From a virus (taxonomy: Duplodnaviria > Caudoviricetes): DNA of 64,000 nt. The first letter of the stretch is position 1, and each line of letters begins with the position of its first letter. The stretch lies in IMG/VR virus record IMGVR_UViG_3300042888_002988, positions 136,159-200,158 of that record, one strand, 5' to 3'. Made by a program: the position numbers and the translations under genes. Below, piece by piece: positions 26,032 through 35,164 of the stretch. A model generated the notes under the pieces. The model had not been told where the DNA came from. It ran no database searches and saw only the letters and a program-made list of their open reading frames with translations.

Positions 26032-26443
26032 CCGGCAGTCCCTGATCGAAAATTGCGCGCAGAGTCACACGTCCGTGATTGGTCTCCACGGGCGTGTCGC
26101 CGTCGGCGCACTTGCCCACCTGCCGGCCCGCTTTCAGGGTGATCACACTGCCCGGGGTCATGGCTGTCATGGCGAACATGAAGGGGCGGGAGCTGAAATC
26201 CAGTGGTGTGTCGAACGGATACCTGGGGAAGAACCTGGGGATCAGCAGACCGAAGTTGAAACCGCACAGCGGCAGCAAAGCACCCTCGGCATCCATGATG
26301 TCCTGGCGAGTGGCCTTGCCATTTGAGTAGTCCGCTGATACTGTGTCGATGCGCTTCATGGCGGCGGTGACCAACGCCGCCTGCTGGGGGTCCTTCCTCA
26401 GCTCGCTGATGAGGTCATAAACAAATTTACCTTGTGCCGCCAT
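26012..26443 (-). CDS. terL: Terminase large subunit N-terminal part (111 aa, ending in Walker A GRQVGK) plus short N-intein
   Basis: SRPFM...ITLKAGRQVGK followed directly by intein block A CADGDT. Confidence 0.88.
   Translation of the reverse strand: MAAQGKFVYDLISELRKDPQQAALVTAAMKRIDTVSADYSNGKATRQDIMDAEGALLPLCGFNFGLLIPRFFPRYPFDTPLDFSSRPFMFAMTAMTPGSVITLKAGRQVGKCADGDTPVETNHGRVTLRAIFDQGLPVSAGFA
26015..26110 (-). mobile_element. IntN: 32-aa N-terminal split-intein fragment
   Basis: CADGDTPVETNHGRVTLRAIFDQGLPVSAGFA then a TGA stop. Confidence 0.9.
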
Positions 26444-26565
26444 GCCTGAATCTAAATCTACTGTGTTGCTGGAGAATGAGCGAGCTGACCGCTTCGGCTC
26501 GGCCCGCGCAGGAGCTTACTTGATCTGGACACGCGAGCAAGGGGAGAAACTACGAGAAATTCAAG

Positions 26566-27210
26566 ATGAGCAATCCCAACCAGAACCCGAATCCCCAACC
26601 GCCCAAGAAATCCGCCAAAAATTCAACTCCTGAAACACCGGAGACGCCGCCCGATCCCGCGTTGCTCGCCATGGCCGCTTTGCAGCAGGCTATGGAGGTC
26701 ATCCAGGACTCGCGCAAAGTCATCCAGGACGCCAGCGAGCTGAACGACCGAATGCTGGAGCGTGAGAAACCGCTCATTGATTTCCACGAGGCCATCGAAG
26801 GCACCACCGAGAACGACATGCGTATCTGGTGGGACGTCCGCGTCATCCGCGGGCGCAACACGCCTTTCACCCAGAGCACCGGCACTTCCTACCTGCCGGG
26901 CTTGCTGAGCGACAAGCTCAGGCAGCACGCCATCGCGACGATCCAGCAGGAGATCAACGACAAGATCGCGGCCCCCATCGGCTCGGCCTTCATGGAGGAA
27001 ACCGAGCGCGTGACCATCGCCAACACGAGCCGTATCGCCAACCGTCCGCTCGTGGACCACGAAGACGGCGCTTCGCTGTTGCCGGCCCCGGACGCCGACG
27101 GAGGCTCCTCGAAGCTGCTGAGCATGGCTCGGGAGCACGAGGAGGAGACCGCCAAGAATGCGGACGTTTACGTTCCGGAAGACGACGAGGAGGAGGATGA
27201 CCATGCGTGA
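26566..27210 (+). CDS. Hypothetical protein
   Basis: Clean ORF with acidic tail. Confidence 0.6.
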   Translation: MSNPNQNPNPQPPKKSAKNSTPETPETPPDPALLAMAALQQAMEVIQDSRKVIQDASELNDRMLEREKPLIDFHEAIEGTTENDMRIWWDVRVIRGRNTPFTQSTGTSYLPGLLSDKLRQHAIATIQQEINDKIAAPIGSAFMEETERVTIANTSRIANRPLVDHEDGASLLPAPDADGGSSKLLSMAREHEEETAKNADVYVPEDDEEEDDHA

Positions 27211-27985
27211 TCCTAACCAGGACGCATGGAACAAACACGAATGGCGAAAAGAAACAACTTGGTGGGACTTGCTGGAAGTCGACACCGAGCTGGTAGGTAA
27301 AAATTACGCCGACGTGTTTGAGTGGCTGGAGGAGGTCGCCCCCGATCCCTACGAGCATGACTACATCCTCTACACGGACGGCTCCGGCTGCACCGAAGGC
27401 TGGGGAGGATACGCCGCTGTCTGGGAAAGGATTGACCTCCTGGGTCAATTCCGGGCGCCGATATCCACGGGGTTGCTGGTATCCAGCACGTATGGCTCCA
27501 CCGTCCAGCGGTGCGAGTTCAATGCCTTGCTGGACGGCGTGCACGCCATCCTCACTGAACGTGGGCGCGAGCTGCAGGAGCAGGCCAAGTTGGTCAAGGA
27601 TGACGAGCTGCTCTACCGATTAGGGACGCAGGGAATCCTAAACCAGTTCACAGGGCCCGACCGGATATCGATACTTTGGTATACCGACCGTGCCAACCTC
27701 GCACAATCGATGCTGCACGACGAGGCGGGTGATCCGCTGTTCTCACGCGGCAAAGAACGTGACCTGTGGCTTCGCTGGTCGTTCATGGCCAAACACGTCT
27801 GCCTCACACCCATGTGCCGTCCGCGGAACGTGGTGGCCGGGCAGGCGCTCTGCGACAACCTAGCCGGGCAAGCGCGTGCGCTGCTCAAAGGAGCTCAAGA
27901 ATCAATGGCCGCGGCTACCTCCGCGGCCCAACTATATCCAATCGAATCATGGCAAACCAAGCAACCCCAGACAGCGATCTTCTGA
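27203..27985 (+). CDS. rnh: Ribonuclease H-like protein
   Basis: Motifs LYTDGSG, VQRCEFNALLDG, WYTD and CDNLA. Confidence 0.85.
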   Translation: MRDPNQDAWNKHEWRKETTWWDLLEVDTELVGKNYADVFEWLEEVAPDPYEHDYILYTDGSGCTEGWGGYAAVWERIDLLGQFRAPISTGLLVSSTYGSTVQRCEFNALLDGVHAILTERGRELQEQAKLVKDDELLYRLGTQGILNQFTGPDRISILWYTDRANLAQSMLHDEAGDPLFSRGKERDLWLRWSFMAKHVCLTPMCRPRNVVAGQALCDNLAGQARALLKGAQESMAAATSAAQLYPIESWQTKQPQTAIF

Positions 27986-29154
27986 TCGCCCACATCGGTG
28001 ACACGCACTTGCGCGACACTCAATATGCCACCAGCCGGCGAGGGCTGGACTTCTTCGAGGGCTTTGCGCACGCGGTTCAAATCGCGTGCCGCTACGCCGA
28101 CATCGTGGTCATCACCGGAGACATCTTCGACCGGCCGCGGCCGAGCCCGAAGGTCATCGGACAGCTCATGCAGATCGATCAGATCCTGCAGCGGGCCGGC
28201 AAGGTGGCGCTCGCCATCACCGGCAACCACGACTGGAGCGATCCGACCTGGCTGCAGACCCTATTCCCCGGGCGCAGTCCTCGGGAGGGCGGCACCGGTC
28301 CTTGCTTCCTGGCAGACGACGCGTCCGGTATCATCCCCATCGACGACGCCGAGCTGACCTTCCGCGGTTACAAGTTCGCGGGGCTGGTCCCTCACTCGGC
28401 CGGCACGTTCAGGGCTTCCCTGGCCGACATCACCGTGCGGGTGCGGGAGGCGGACGTGGTGCTGTTTCACGGGCTGGTCGACGGCGTGGTGAAGTTCCCC
28501 ATCCACTTCGCCGATCCGCTGCACGTGCGCGAATTCCCCATCTCCAGGAACAACAAGGCCTGGTTGCTGGGTGACGTTCACTTGCAGGGGTTCGTCAGCG
28601 TTGATCGTCCCGGCGGCGGGCAGTGCCTCGTCGGCTACCCGGGGTCCACGGAGATGTGCTCCGCGGCCGAGCCGGTGGAGAAGGCGGTGCCGATCATCCG
28701 CCTGACCAAGGACGGCGCCTCGGTGGAGCGCACAGCTTCCTTCCCGATCCGCCCGTTCATCAAGGCGGAGGTGCGGGACGAGGAGCAGCTCGAAGCGCTC
28801 ATGAGGCGTATCGAGCCGGTCGCCGATCAGCACCCGGTCGTGGTCGTGCAGTTCAAGCGTGATCTGCCTCAAACGATCAATCGCCTGCACTCCATGCTGG
28901 ATGCGCAGCGCGCAGTCATTCGGTGCTACCCGCTGCCGGAGACCAAGACCTACACGGAGCGGGAAGTCAGCGACGAAGACGATCAGCACCTCGGTATGGA
29001 GCATTTCGTCAGTCGCCGGTTTGACGGCCGCGAGGACTTGCAGAAGTTCGCGCTGGATCTGCTGGTGCGCGGTGAGAGTGATGCTAACAACCTCATCGCC
29101 ACGCTGATCGAAACCCGCCTGGCTGCTACAGGTATACGCGAAGATGAGGAGTAA
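27949..29154 (+). CDS. SbcD/Mre11/gp47-like nuclease
   Basis: Motifs GDTHL, GDIFD, GNHD, FHG, LGDVH and YPGS. Confidence 0.92.
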   Translation: MANQATPDSDLLIAHIGDTHLRDTQYATSRRGLDFFEGFAHAVQIACRYADIVVITGDIFDRPRPSPKVIGQLMQIDQILQRAGKVALAITGNHDWSDPTWLQTLFPGRSPREGGTGPCFLADDASGIIPIDDAELTFRGYKFAGLVPHSAGTFRASLADITVRVREADVVLFHGLVDGVVKFPIHFADPLHVREFPISRNNKAWLLGDVHLQGFVSVDRPGGGQCLVGYPGSTEMCSAAEPVEKAVPIIRLTKDGASVERTASFPIRPFIKAEVRDEEQLEALMRRIEPVADQHPVVVVQFKRDLPQTINRLHSMLDAQRAVIRCYPLPETKTYTEREVSDEDDQHLGMEHFVSRRFDGREDLQKFALDLLVRGESDANNLIATLIETRLAATGIREDEE

Positions 29155-29159
29155 TACGG

Positions 29160-29708
29160 ATGCCCAAGCCCAGTGCCAAGCTGCTCGCAGAAGGATTCTT
29201 CGACTTCAAAAAGCACTCCCCTGATGGGAGGTGCTGGGTCAAAGGATGCCAGCGCGCGTCTCAGCATGACCTGTCGTTGTGCCATATGCATGAGATGCGT
29301 CGCTGGCGTGCCAGCAAGAAGAAGACTGCGGATTACTGCACGTTGCGCGACCATGCGCAGGCGAGGGGCATCAAGTTCGAAATCACGCTGGATTACTGGC
29401 GTGGACTGGTGGACGCATTCGGGTTTTACAACAAGGAGAATGACGACCTGGTGCTCTCGATCGACCGCGTGGATCCCACGCGCGGCTACGTCGAGGGCAA
29501 CATGCGCGTCATTACGACAGACCTGAACGTCTACAAATCGCACCGGGAGCGATACCTGCCGGAGCACGTGCAGCACATGCTTGAACGCAAGCGTGATCAG
29601 CTGCGCGCGGAGCAGGCCAAGTATTTGGCGCTGGACGCCCCCAACGAAGAGTATTGGGAAGAACCGGACGAGAGCCCGGAAGTAAACGACGATAACTGCC
29701 CGTTTTAG
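29160..29708 (+). CDS. His-Me finger (HNH-type) endonuclease
   Basis: SIDRVDPTRGYVEGNMRVITTDLN, plus an N-terminal Cys/His motif. Confidence 0.75.
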   Translation: MPKPSAKLLAEGFFDFKKHSPDGRCWVKGCQRASQHDLSLCHMHEMRRWRASKKKTADYCTLRDHAQARGIKFEITLDYWRGLVDAFGFYNKENDDLVLSIDRVDPTRGYVEGNMRVITTDLNVYKSHRERYLPEHVQHMLERKRDQLRAEQAKYLALDAPNEEYWEEPDESPEVNDDNCPF

Positions 29709-29729
29709 GGCCGCAAACCACACATCACC

Positions 29730-32249
29730 ATGATAGAAATCAAATCAATCGAAATCATCGATTTCGGCCGCCACAAGAAGATCAAGTCCAAGCTGAAGGG
29801 TCACAGCATCGGCTTGGCCGGCCCCAACGGGCGCGGCAAGTCCACCGTTCTGCAGGCCGTCCAGTTCGCCCTTACCGGCACCATCGATCATCCGGATCCG
29901 CTGAAAGCATTCATCCGGCGGTCGAGCGGCGACAACCCGCCGGCCGCTGCGGAGGTCACACTGGAGTTCGTCGCCGACGGCAAGCCAGGCAAGATCCAGC
30001 GCCGCATCACCCGGACGACCGTCACGCGCAAGCTGTGGTGGGACGGGAACGAGAAGCCCATCACATCCGAAGGGCAAGTCAGCGACATCCTGTTCAACAT
30101 CCTGGGTGTGGACAAGAAGGCCATCAACTCGACGGTGTTCATCCGCCAGGGTGAGATGGCCAGCATGTTTGGCGGCGACGTCGATCGCCGGGACTTCTAC
30201 ACGCGGCTGCTGATGCTGGGTCACCTGGCCAAGATCGCCACGACGTTAGAGAACTTCCGCGCGACGACGGCGGCCAGCGTACAGGATCTCGGCGCGGTGC
30301 GTGACGCCGCCCAGTCCACCTACGAAGGCGCCCGTATCTACTTCGAGCAGTGTGAGCGCGAGCTGGAGGACACGCCTACGGTCGCTGAGTCGCTCACCAA
30401 AGCACGCCGCGTGGTCGCTGCGTATGCTGATTACTCCGAGGCGTCCGAGGCGCTGAAGCGTGCGCTGGCTAAGCTGGAGAAATACATCTTCGGCGACACC
30501 GAGGTCACGGCGTGGCTGGATCACCAGCGCCTGCAGGTGCACAGCTGGAAAGCGGAAGCCGATAAATTGCAGAAGCGTCGAGGTCAGCACCAGGAAGTGT
30601 CCAAGGCGCTGGCTGAATCGACGCTGCGGTTCCAGAACCTGAAGGCCCTCGCGGAGAAATTCGAAGCTCTGCGTAAGGCCGAGGCGGACCTCGCCGCGCT
30701 GGGTGACATCGGAGTGGATCCCGAGCCGGGCATCAAGCGGAACGAAGGCTACATCACCAAGCTCGATCGAAAGGCGGCTCTGGAAGTCAGCGCCCCCGTC
30801 GTCAAGCAGGCAGCAGCCGACGCTCAGGCGAAGCTGGATCTCGTGGCGGAGTCGCTGGCCGCCATCCAAGAGGTCTACGATGCCAACCGCGAGGTCTACG
30901 TGCTGGCCCGCGGGGCGGTGAACATGCGCAAGGATCTTCTCAAAGGCCTGGAGTCCGGCGTTCCTTGCGCGGAAAGCTGCCCGCTCTGCGGCGGCGAAGC
31001 GCCACCGAATCCTGAGCACTTGAAGAAGGAGATCGCGGAATACGAGCAGCGCATGGCTGCTGCCGAGCTGAAGGGGCATGAGACAGCCGCGCGCTTGAAC
31101 GAGCGCAAGTCTGAGCACGCCGCAGCGAAGCGGGTGTTTGATGCCGCCGCCGACAAGCTGACCGAGGAGACGCAGGAGTATAAGCGGCTCGAGATCGAGA
31201 TGCGCCTGACCTCCCGTGAGACTGTGGAAACCATCCTCCGGGATCTCCGCGAGAAGGTGCCGACCTACCACGCGAAAGCATTCGAGTTCACTCGCCTGAC
31301 CGGTGAGATCACCCGCCGCAAGCACGCAGTGGGCCTCAACACGCCGCCGACGCAGAATGACATCGACGCCGAGCAGGACCTAGTGACCCGGCTGCAGAGC
31401 GATTTGCAGGAGTGCCCCTGGGAGACCACAGACGTCGCGGCGCTGGAGAATGCCGTTGCGTCTCACAGGAAATCTCAAGACGCCGTGGAAGCAGTGCAGG
31501 GCATCGTAGCGGACATCGAGGCGGCCGAGCGTCGCGACGAAAGTAGCGCCTCACACCTGCAAAACGAGATCGTTGCCGCAGGTCCGACCTTCTGGAAGCG
31601 CGAAGACGGAGCCGTCGTGACGCCGGAGATGGCGCAGGCGAAGCTCACGGAGCTAGAGCAGACCCAGACCAAGCACGACGAGACCCGGGGCCGGCGCGTG
31701 GCCGCCAACGAAGCGTTGAAAGCAGCGAGCCGCAAAATCGATGAGCTCGACCTGCGCACCGCAGAGCAGAAGCAACGGCTGAAGTTGGTCAAGGATCTGG
31801 AGGAGCTGCGCGACACGTTCAAGCCGAGCGGCGCCAGTCTCGACTACCTGGACTACAAGTTCGGTCGCATCGCCAGGCTGGCCGCGGATTACCTGTCCGA
31901 GAGCGGAGCCGACTTCATGGTCGCCGCCAGCAACGATGTTGCGCTGTCGTTCGACTTCCTGCGGACCGACCGCGCCGACGAGGTGTGGATGCCTCAGAAC
32001 CGCATGTCGGGCGGACAGAAAGTCCGTCTGGCTGTGGCAACCCTGCGGGCGATCCACGCCATGATTATGCCCAACGTGGGGCTGCTCGTCCTCGATGAGC
32101 CTACCACCCACCTGGACGAGGAAGCCAAGCGCAGCATGGCCGACATGCTGCAGAAGATTGGCGACGAGGGAACGCTGCAAATGATCGTCTGCGACCACTC
32201 GCCGACGCTAATTGATGCGTTCAGTGACCGTATCGAGATACCCGAATGA
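29730..32249 (+). CDS. SbcC/Rad50/gp46-like ATPase
   Basis: GPNGRGKS, coiled coil with CPLC hook, MSGGQ signature and LVLDEPTTHLD. Confidence 0.93.
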   Translation: MIEIKSIEIIDFGRHKKIKSKLKGHSIGLAGPNGRGKSTVLQAVQFALTGTIDHPDPLKAFIRRSSGDNPPAAAEVTLEFVADGKPGKIQRRITRTTVTRKLWWDGNEKPITSEGQVSDILFNILGVDKKAINSTVFIRQGEMASMFGGDVDRRDFYTRLLMLGHLAKIATTLENFRATTAASVQDLGAVRDAAQSTYEGARIYFEQCERELEDTPTVAESLTKARRVVAAYADYSEASEALKRALAKLEKYIFGDTEVTAWLDHQRLQVHSWKAEADKLQKRRGQHQEVSKALAESTLRFQNLKALAEKFEALRKAEADLAALGDIGVDPEPGIKRNEGYITKLDRKAALEVSAPVVKQAAADAQAKLDLVAESLAAIQEVYDANREVYVLARGAVNMRKDLLKGLESGVPCAESCPLCGGEAPPNPEHLKKEIAEYEQRMAAAELKGHETAARLNERKSEHAAAKRVFDAAADKLTEETQEYKRLEIEMRLTSRETVETILRDLREKVPTYHAKAFEFTRLTGEITRRKHAVGLNTPPTQNDIDAEQDLVTRLQSDLQECPWETTDVAALENAVASHRKSQDAVEAVQGIVADIEAAERRDESSASHLQNEIVAAGPTFWKREDGAVVTPEMAQAKLTELEQTQTKHDETRGRRVAANEALKAASRKIDELDLRTAEQKQRLKLVKDLEELRDTFKPSGASLDYLDYKFGRIARLAADYLSESGADFMVAASNDVALSFDFLRTDRADEVWMPQNRMSGGQKVRLAVATLRAIHAMIMPNVGLLVLDEPTTHLDEEAKRSMADMLQKIGDEGTLQMIVCDHSPTLIDAFSDRIEIPE

Positions 32250-32881
32250 ACGCGCCGCCGGTCAGACTGTGCTGTGGTCAGCGCCACTTCGGGCCAGTCT
32301 GCCCGGACGGTCTGGTGATGTGCTGCCTTTGTTTTTCGCGAGTTGAACAGGACGCCTTGCACATCACCAGCGATGGGTCTAAGGAAGATGTCTGCGCCGC
32401 GTGTGCGCTTGAGGAAGAAAAGATAATCAAACACCGTATAACTAACACAATGCAAACCGAGAAACTGATACCACTGGGCAAGCGACTCCTTGTCCTTCGC
32501 GATGAAACCAAGAACATGACCACCGGCGGCATTCTGCTGCCCGACGTGGCGAAAGAAGCCCCACGTCGGGGTAAGGTGCTGGCGGTTGGCGATGGCTGCG
32601 AGGTCAGCCTGGTCGCCGGCGACGAAGTGCTCCTGCCTCGTTACGGCGGCACCGACGTTACCCACGACAACAAGGCGTGCCTCCTCATCGAGGAGTGTGA
32701 CGTCCTCGGGAAGTTCCACGTGGAACAAGACGGAGCCATTGCGCGTTCTGAGGTCTACGAGACGATCGATAAAACCTCCGTGACAAAGGCCGAAGCGCCG
32801 CTCGACGACGACCTCAATGAGACGCTCGGCGAGCGAGCCCCTGGTGCCTGCGAGGGCGAAGTCTGCGAATCCTGTCAGTAA
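32246..32881 (+). CDS. groES: GroES/Cpn10 co-chaperonin (internal start 32450) with in-frame Cys-rich N-extension and CEGEVCESCQ tail
   Basis: LIPLGKRLLV, TTGGILLPD, GKVLAVG, VAGDEVLLPRYGGT and EECDVLG. Confidence 0.88.
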   Translation: MNAPPVRLCCGQRHFGPVCPDGLVMCCLCFSRVEQDALHITSDGSKEDVCAACALEEEKIIKHRITNTMQTEKLIPLGKRLLVLRDETKNMTTGGILLPDVAKEAPRRGKVLAVGDGCEVSLVAGDEVLLPRYGGTDVTHDNKACLLIEECDVLGKFHVEQDGAIARSEVYETIDKTSVTKAEAPLDDDLNETLGERAPGACEGEVCESCQ

Positions 32882-32891
32882 GCGAACCATT

Positions 32892-32930
32892 GCCGGCGGC
32901 TCCATCTGGGGCCGCCGGCTTTGCTTCTTT
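32892..32930 (+). terminator. Intrinsic terminator-like hairpin
   Basis: GCCGGCGGC/GCCGCCGGC stem followed by TTTGCTTCTTT. Confidence 0.7.
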
Positions 32931-32940
32931 ACGTGGCACG

Positions 32941-32979
32941 CCTACAAAACACCTACAGGACACCTACAGAACTCCTACA
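32941..32979 (+). repeat. Four CCTACA hexamers phased at 11 bp
   Basis: Copies start at 32941, 32952, 32963 and 32974. Confidence 0.8.
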
Positions 32980-33063
32980 ATGTAAAGGCATCCGCCATAC
33001 TTTGCGTGACAGCCTGTAAGAACGGACTTGTCACCCCCGCAAAGCCGTAGAACGATTATCCCT

Positions 33064-33669
33064 ATGCTACTCACGCGACGCTTCCGACTCATCACCCCAC
33101 TGCTGGCTGCGCGCCACAATCAGGATCGCGCCGATCCGAAGCGGGTGTTCAACAGGCTGTCGAAGCCGCCGCTGAACCAGCCCGAGGGGCGTATCTATCT
33201 GCACGCTGACCTGGGTCGGTGGGAGTGGGCATTCTTGGAGGCACGCGACGCGCTGGAGCTGAGCGACGTCGCGGTCAGCGCCATTCTCGCTGGGCGCTGG
33301 TATTCGGTGAAGAACACCACCACCTACCACCGCAAGTTCAAACGCGGCAGTCAGATGCTTACCGAGAAGTTTGAGTCGTTGAGTTCCGGTCAGGTGTTCG
33401 AGATGCAGTTCACACTATCGCGCCACATACCGCCCAACACGGACGGAAACGGACGGTTCACCCGGGCTCCCGATGAGATGGAATTCGACGCGATGCTGAC
33501 ACACATCGGCGACGCCCTGGGCGTTTCGGAGTGGGGACACGCAAGAGACTTCGGACGGTTTACCATCCAGAGGTTCGGGGAGAGTGACGCAACTATCGAC
33601 CGCGAGCCGCTACTCAATGTGCTGCTACCGCCGGTCGATCAATTTACCAACCTAAGTGAAGCAGATTAA
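33064..33669 (+). CDS. Stand-alone RAMP superfamily (Cas7/Csm3/Csf2-like) protein
   Basis: First strand FRLITPLLA, FESLSSGQVFEMQFTL, and G-loop IGDALGVSEWGHARDFGRFTI. Confidence 0.6.
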   Translation: MLLTRRFRLITPLLAARHNQDRADPKRVFNRLSKPPLNQPEGRIYLHADLGRWEWAFLEARDALELSDVAVSAILAGRWYSVKNTTTYHRKFKRGSQMLTEKFESLSSGQVFEMQFTLSRHIPPNTDGNGRFTRAPDEMEFDAMLTHIGDALGVSEWGHARDFGRFTIQRFGESDATIDREPLLNVLLPPVDQFTNLSEAD

Positions 33670-35164
33670 CCCTATTGAATTTACCATTGCACGCGATGAA
33701 GGAGGACTGACGATCATACCGGATCATCCGCTCGTGCGCACGTTCCTGACGCTGCAGTATCGACAGATGATCAAAGATAAAGGGCGCACGCGTTTCGAGA
33801 CGCTGAAGGAGCCCATGTTCCAGCTGACGTCGGTGCACGGCCAGGCTGCCCTGTTCAGCTACCAAGGATTCTGGTTGAAGCTGCGGGAGTTCCTCGTGGA
33901 GGCCGGCCACAAGGTGGACGTGCAGGACGTCCGGAGAAATATACTGGGCCACCCGAACTTCCTCTCCGGCATTCCCGGTCTGCGCGAGTTCCAGAAGAAG
34001 TGGATCCTGAAGGCGCTCATGAATGGCAACTCCGGACTGTTGGGCGCACCGACTCGATTCGGTAAAAGCTACGGCATCAAGGCCATCATCAAGGCCTACC
34101 CTCGCGCCATGACGGTGGTCACCGCGCCGGGCGTCGATCTGTGCAAGCAGCTGCTTGTGTTCCTCAAGGCCGAGCTGCCGAACCGCGATGTGCGCGGTGT
34201 GTTCACCGGCAGCCGCAACAGCATCCAGTCGGACGACATCACCGTGTGCTCGATCGACTCGCTCGACAAGATGGATCCGGACGCCACGGAGCTTCTGCTC
34301 ATCGACGAGCCGCACGCCGCCGTTTCCGACGAGCGACTGCCGAAGGTGGCAGCGTTCTCGAAGGCTCGGAAGTATGGGTTCGGCGCCACGCTCAACGGAC
34401 GCTTCGACCAGAAGGACCGGTTGATCGAGGGGCTGATCGGTCCGGTGATTTCCAACGTCACCTATCGCGAGGCGGTGGAGTGGGGAGCCATCGCGCCGCT
34501 GAAGGTGATCTTCATCAAAGTGCCGTTCAGCAAGGACACGGTGCCAGGCGGGCGCGTGGATCGGGACACCGTCTACAGGCGCCTGCTGACCGAGTCCTCA
34601 CGCACCGCGGCGCTGGTCAAGAAACTGGTCGACGAGGTCATCCCGCAGGACTGGCAGACCATGGCCTTCATCATGAACGAGAAGCAGGCGGAGTTCTACC
34701 TGGAGCACGCCATGCCGCCGTGGGGCACCATCGCGATGGCCAAGCGTATGACCAACAAGGAGCGCGACATCGTCACCAAGAACATCGCCGACGGTAAAAC
34801 CATCCGGGTGCTCGCGAGCAACATCTACGTCCAGGGACTGACGTTCCCGGACCTGAAGGTGGTGCTGAACCTGGCCGGCGGCGGCGCGAACACCACGGCG
34901 ATCCAGAAGCCTGGGCGTCTGCTGCAGTGCCGACCAGGCAAGAACTACGGCGTGATGATCGACTTCATGTTCGAGTGCCGCGACAAGGAGCTGGAGATGC
35001 GCACGAATCCACCCTATGCTGGCGTCGTCGGTGAATGCTGGGCGCGCCACAAGGCCTACGTCGACATCGGCTATGACGTCGAGTTCGTCACAGACTCGGC
35101 CCGCGCACGGGAGATCGTGCTCGGCTCCTACGCAGAAGATTACTCATCCATCATCATACCATGA
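33656..35164 (+). CDS. Superfamily 2 helicase (UvsW/XPB-like)
   Basis: APTRFGKS, LLLIDEPH, GFGAT, QGLTFPDL and IQKPGR. Confidence 0.9.
   Translation: MKQINPIEFTIARDEGGLTIIPDHPLVRTFLTLQYRQMIKDKGRTRFETLKEPMFQLTSVHGQAALFSYQGFWLKLREFLVEAGHKVDVQDVRRNILGHPNFLSGIPGLREFQKKWILKALMNGNSGLLGAPTRFGKSYGIKAIIKAYPRAMTVVTAPGVDLCKQLLVFLKAELPNRDVRGVFTGSRNSIQSDDITVCSIDSLDKMDPDATELLLIDEPHAAVSDERLPKVAAFSKARKYGFGATLNGRFDQKDRLIEGLIGPVISNVTYREAVEWGAIAPLKVIFIKVPFSKDTVPGGRVDRDTVYRRLLTESSRTAALVKKLVDEVIPQDWQTMAFIMNEKQAEFYLEHAMPPWGTIAMAKRMTNKERDIVTKNIADGKTIRVLASNIYVQGLTFPDLKVVLNLAGGGANTTAIQKPGRLLQCRPGKNYGVMIDFMFECRDKELEMRTNPPYAGVVGECWARHKAYVDIGYDVEFVTDSARAREIVLGSYAEDYSSIIIP

Noticed and set aside
26442-26633. Small ORF sharing CATG with the divergent terminase start
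   Set aside because: It has no leader space or recognisable motif and overlaps the better-supported 26566 gene.
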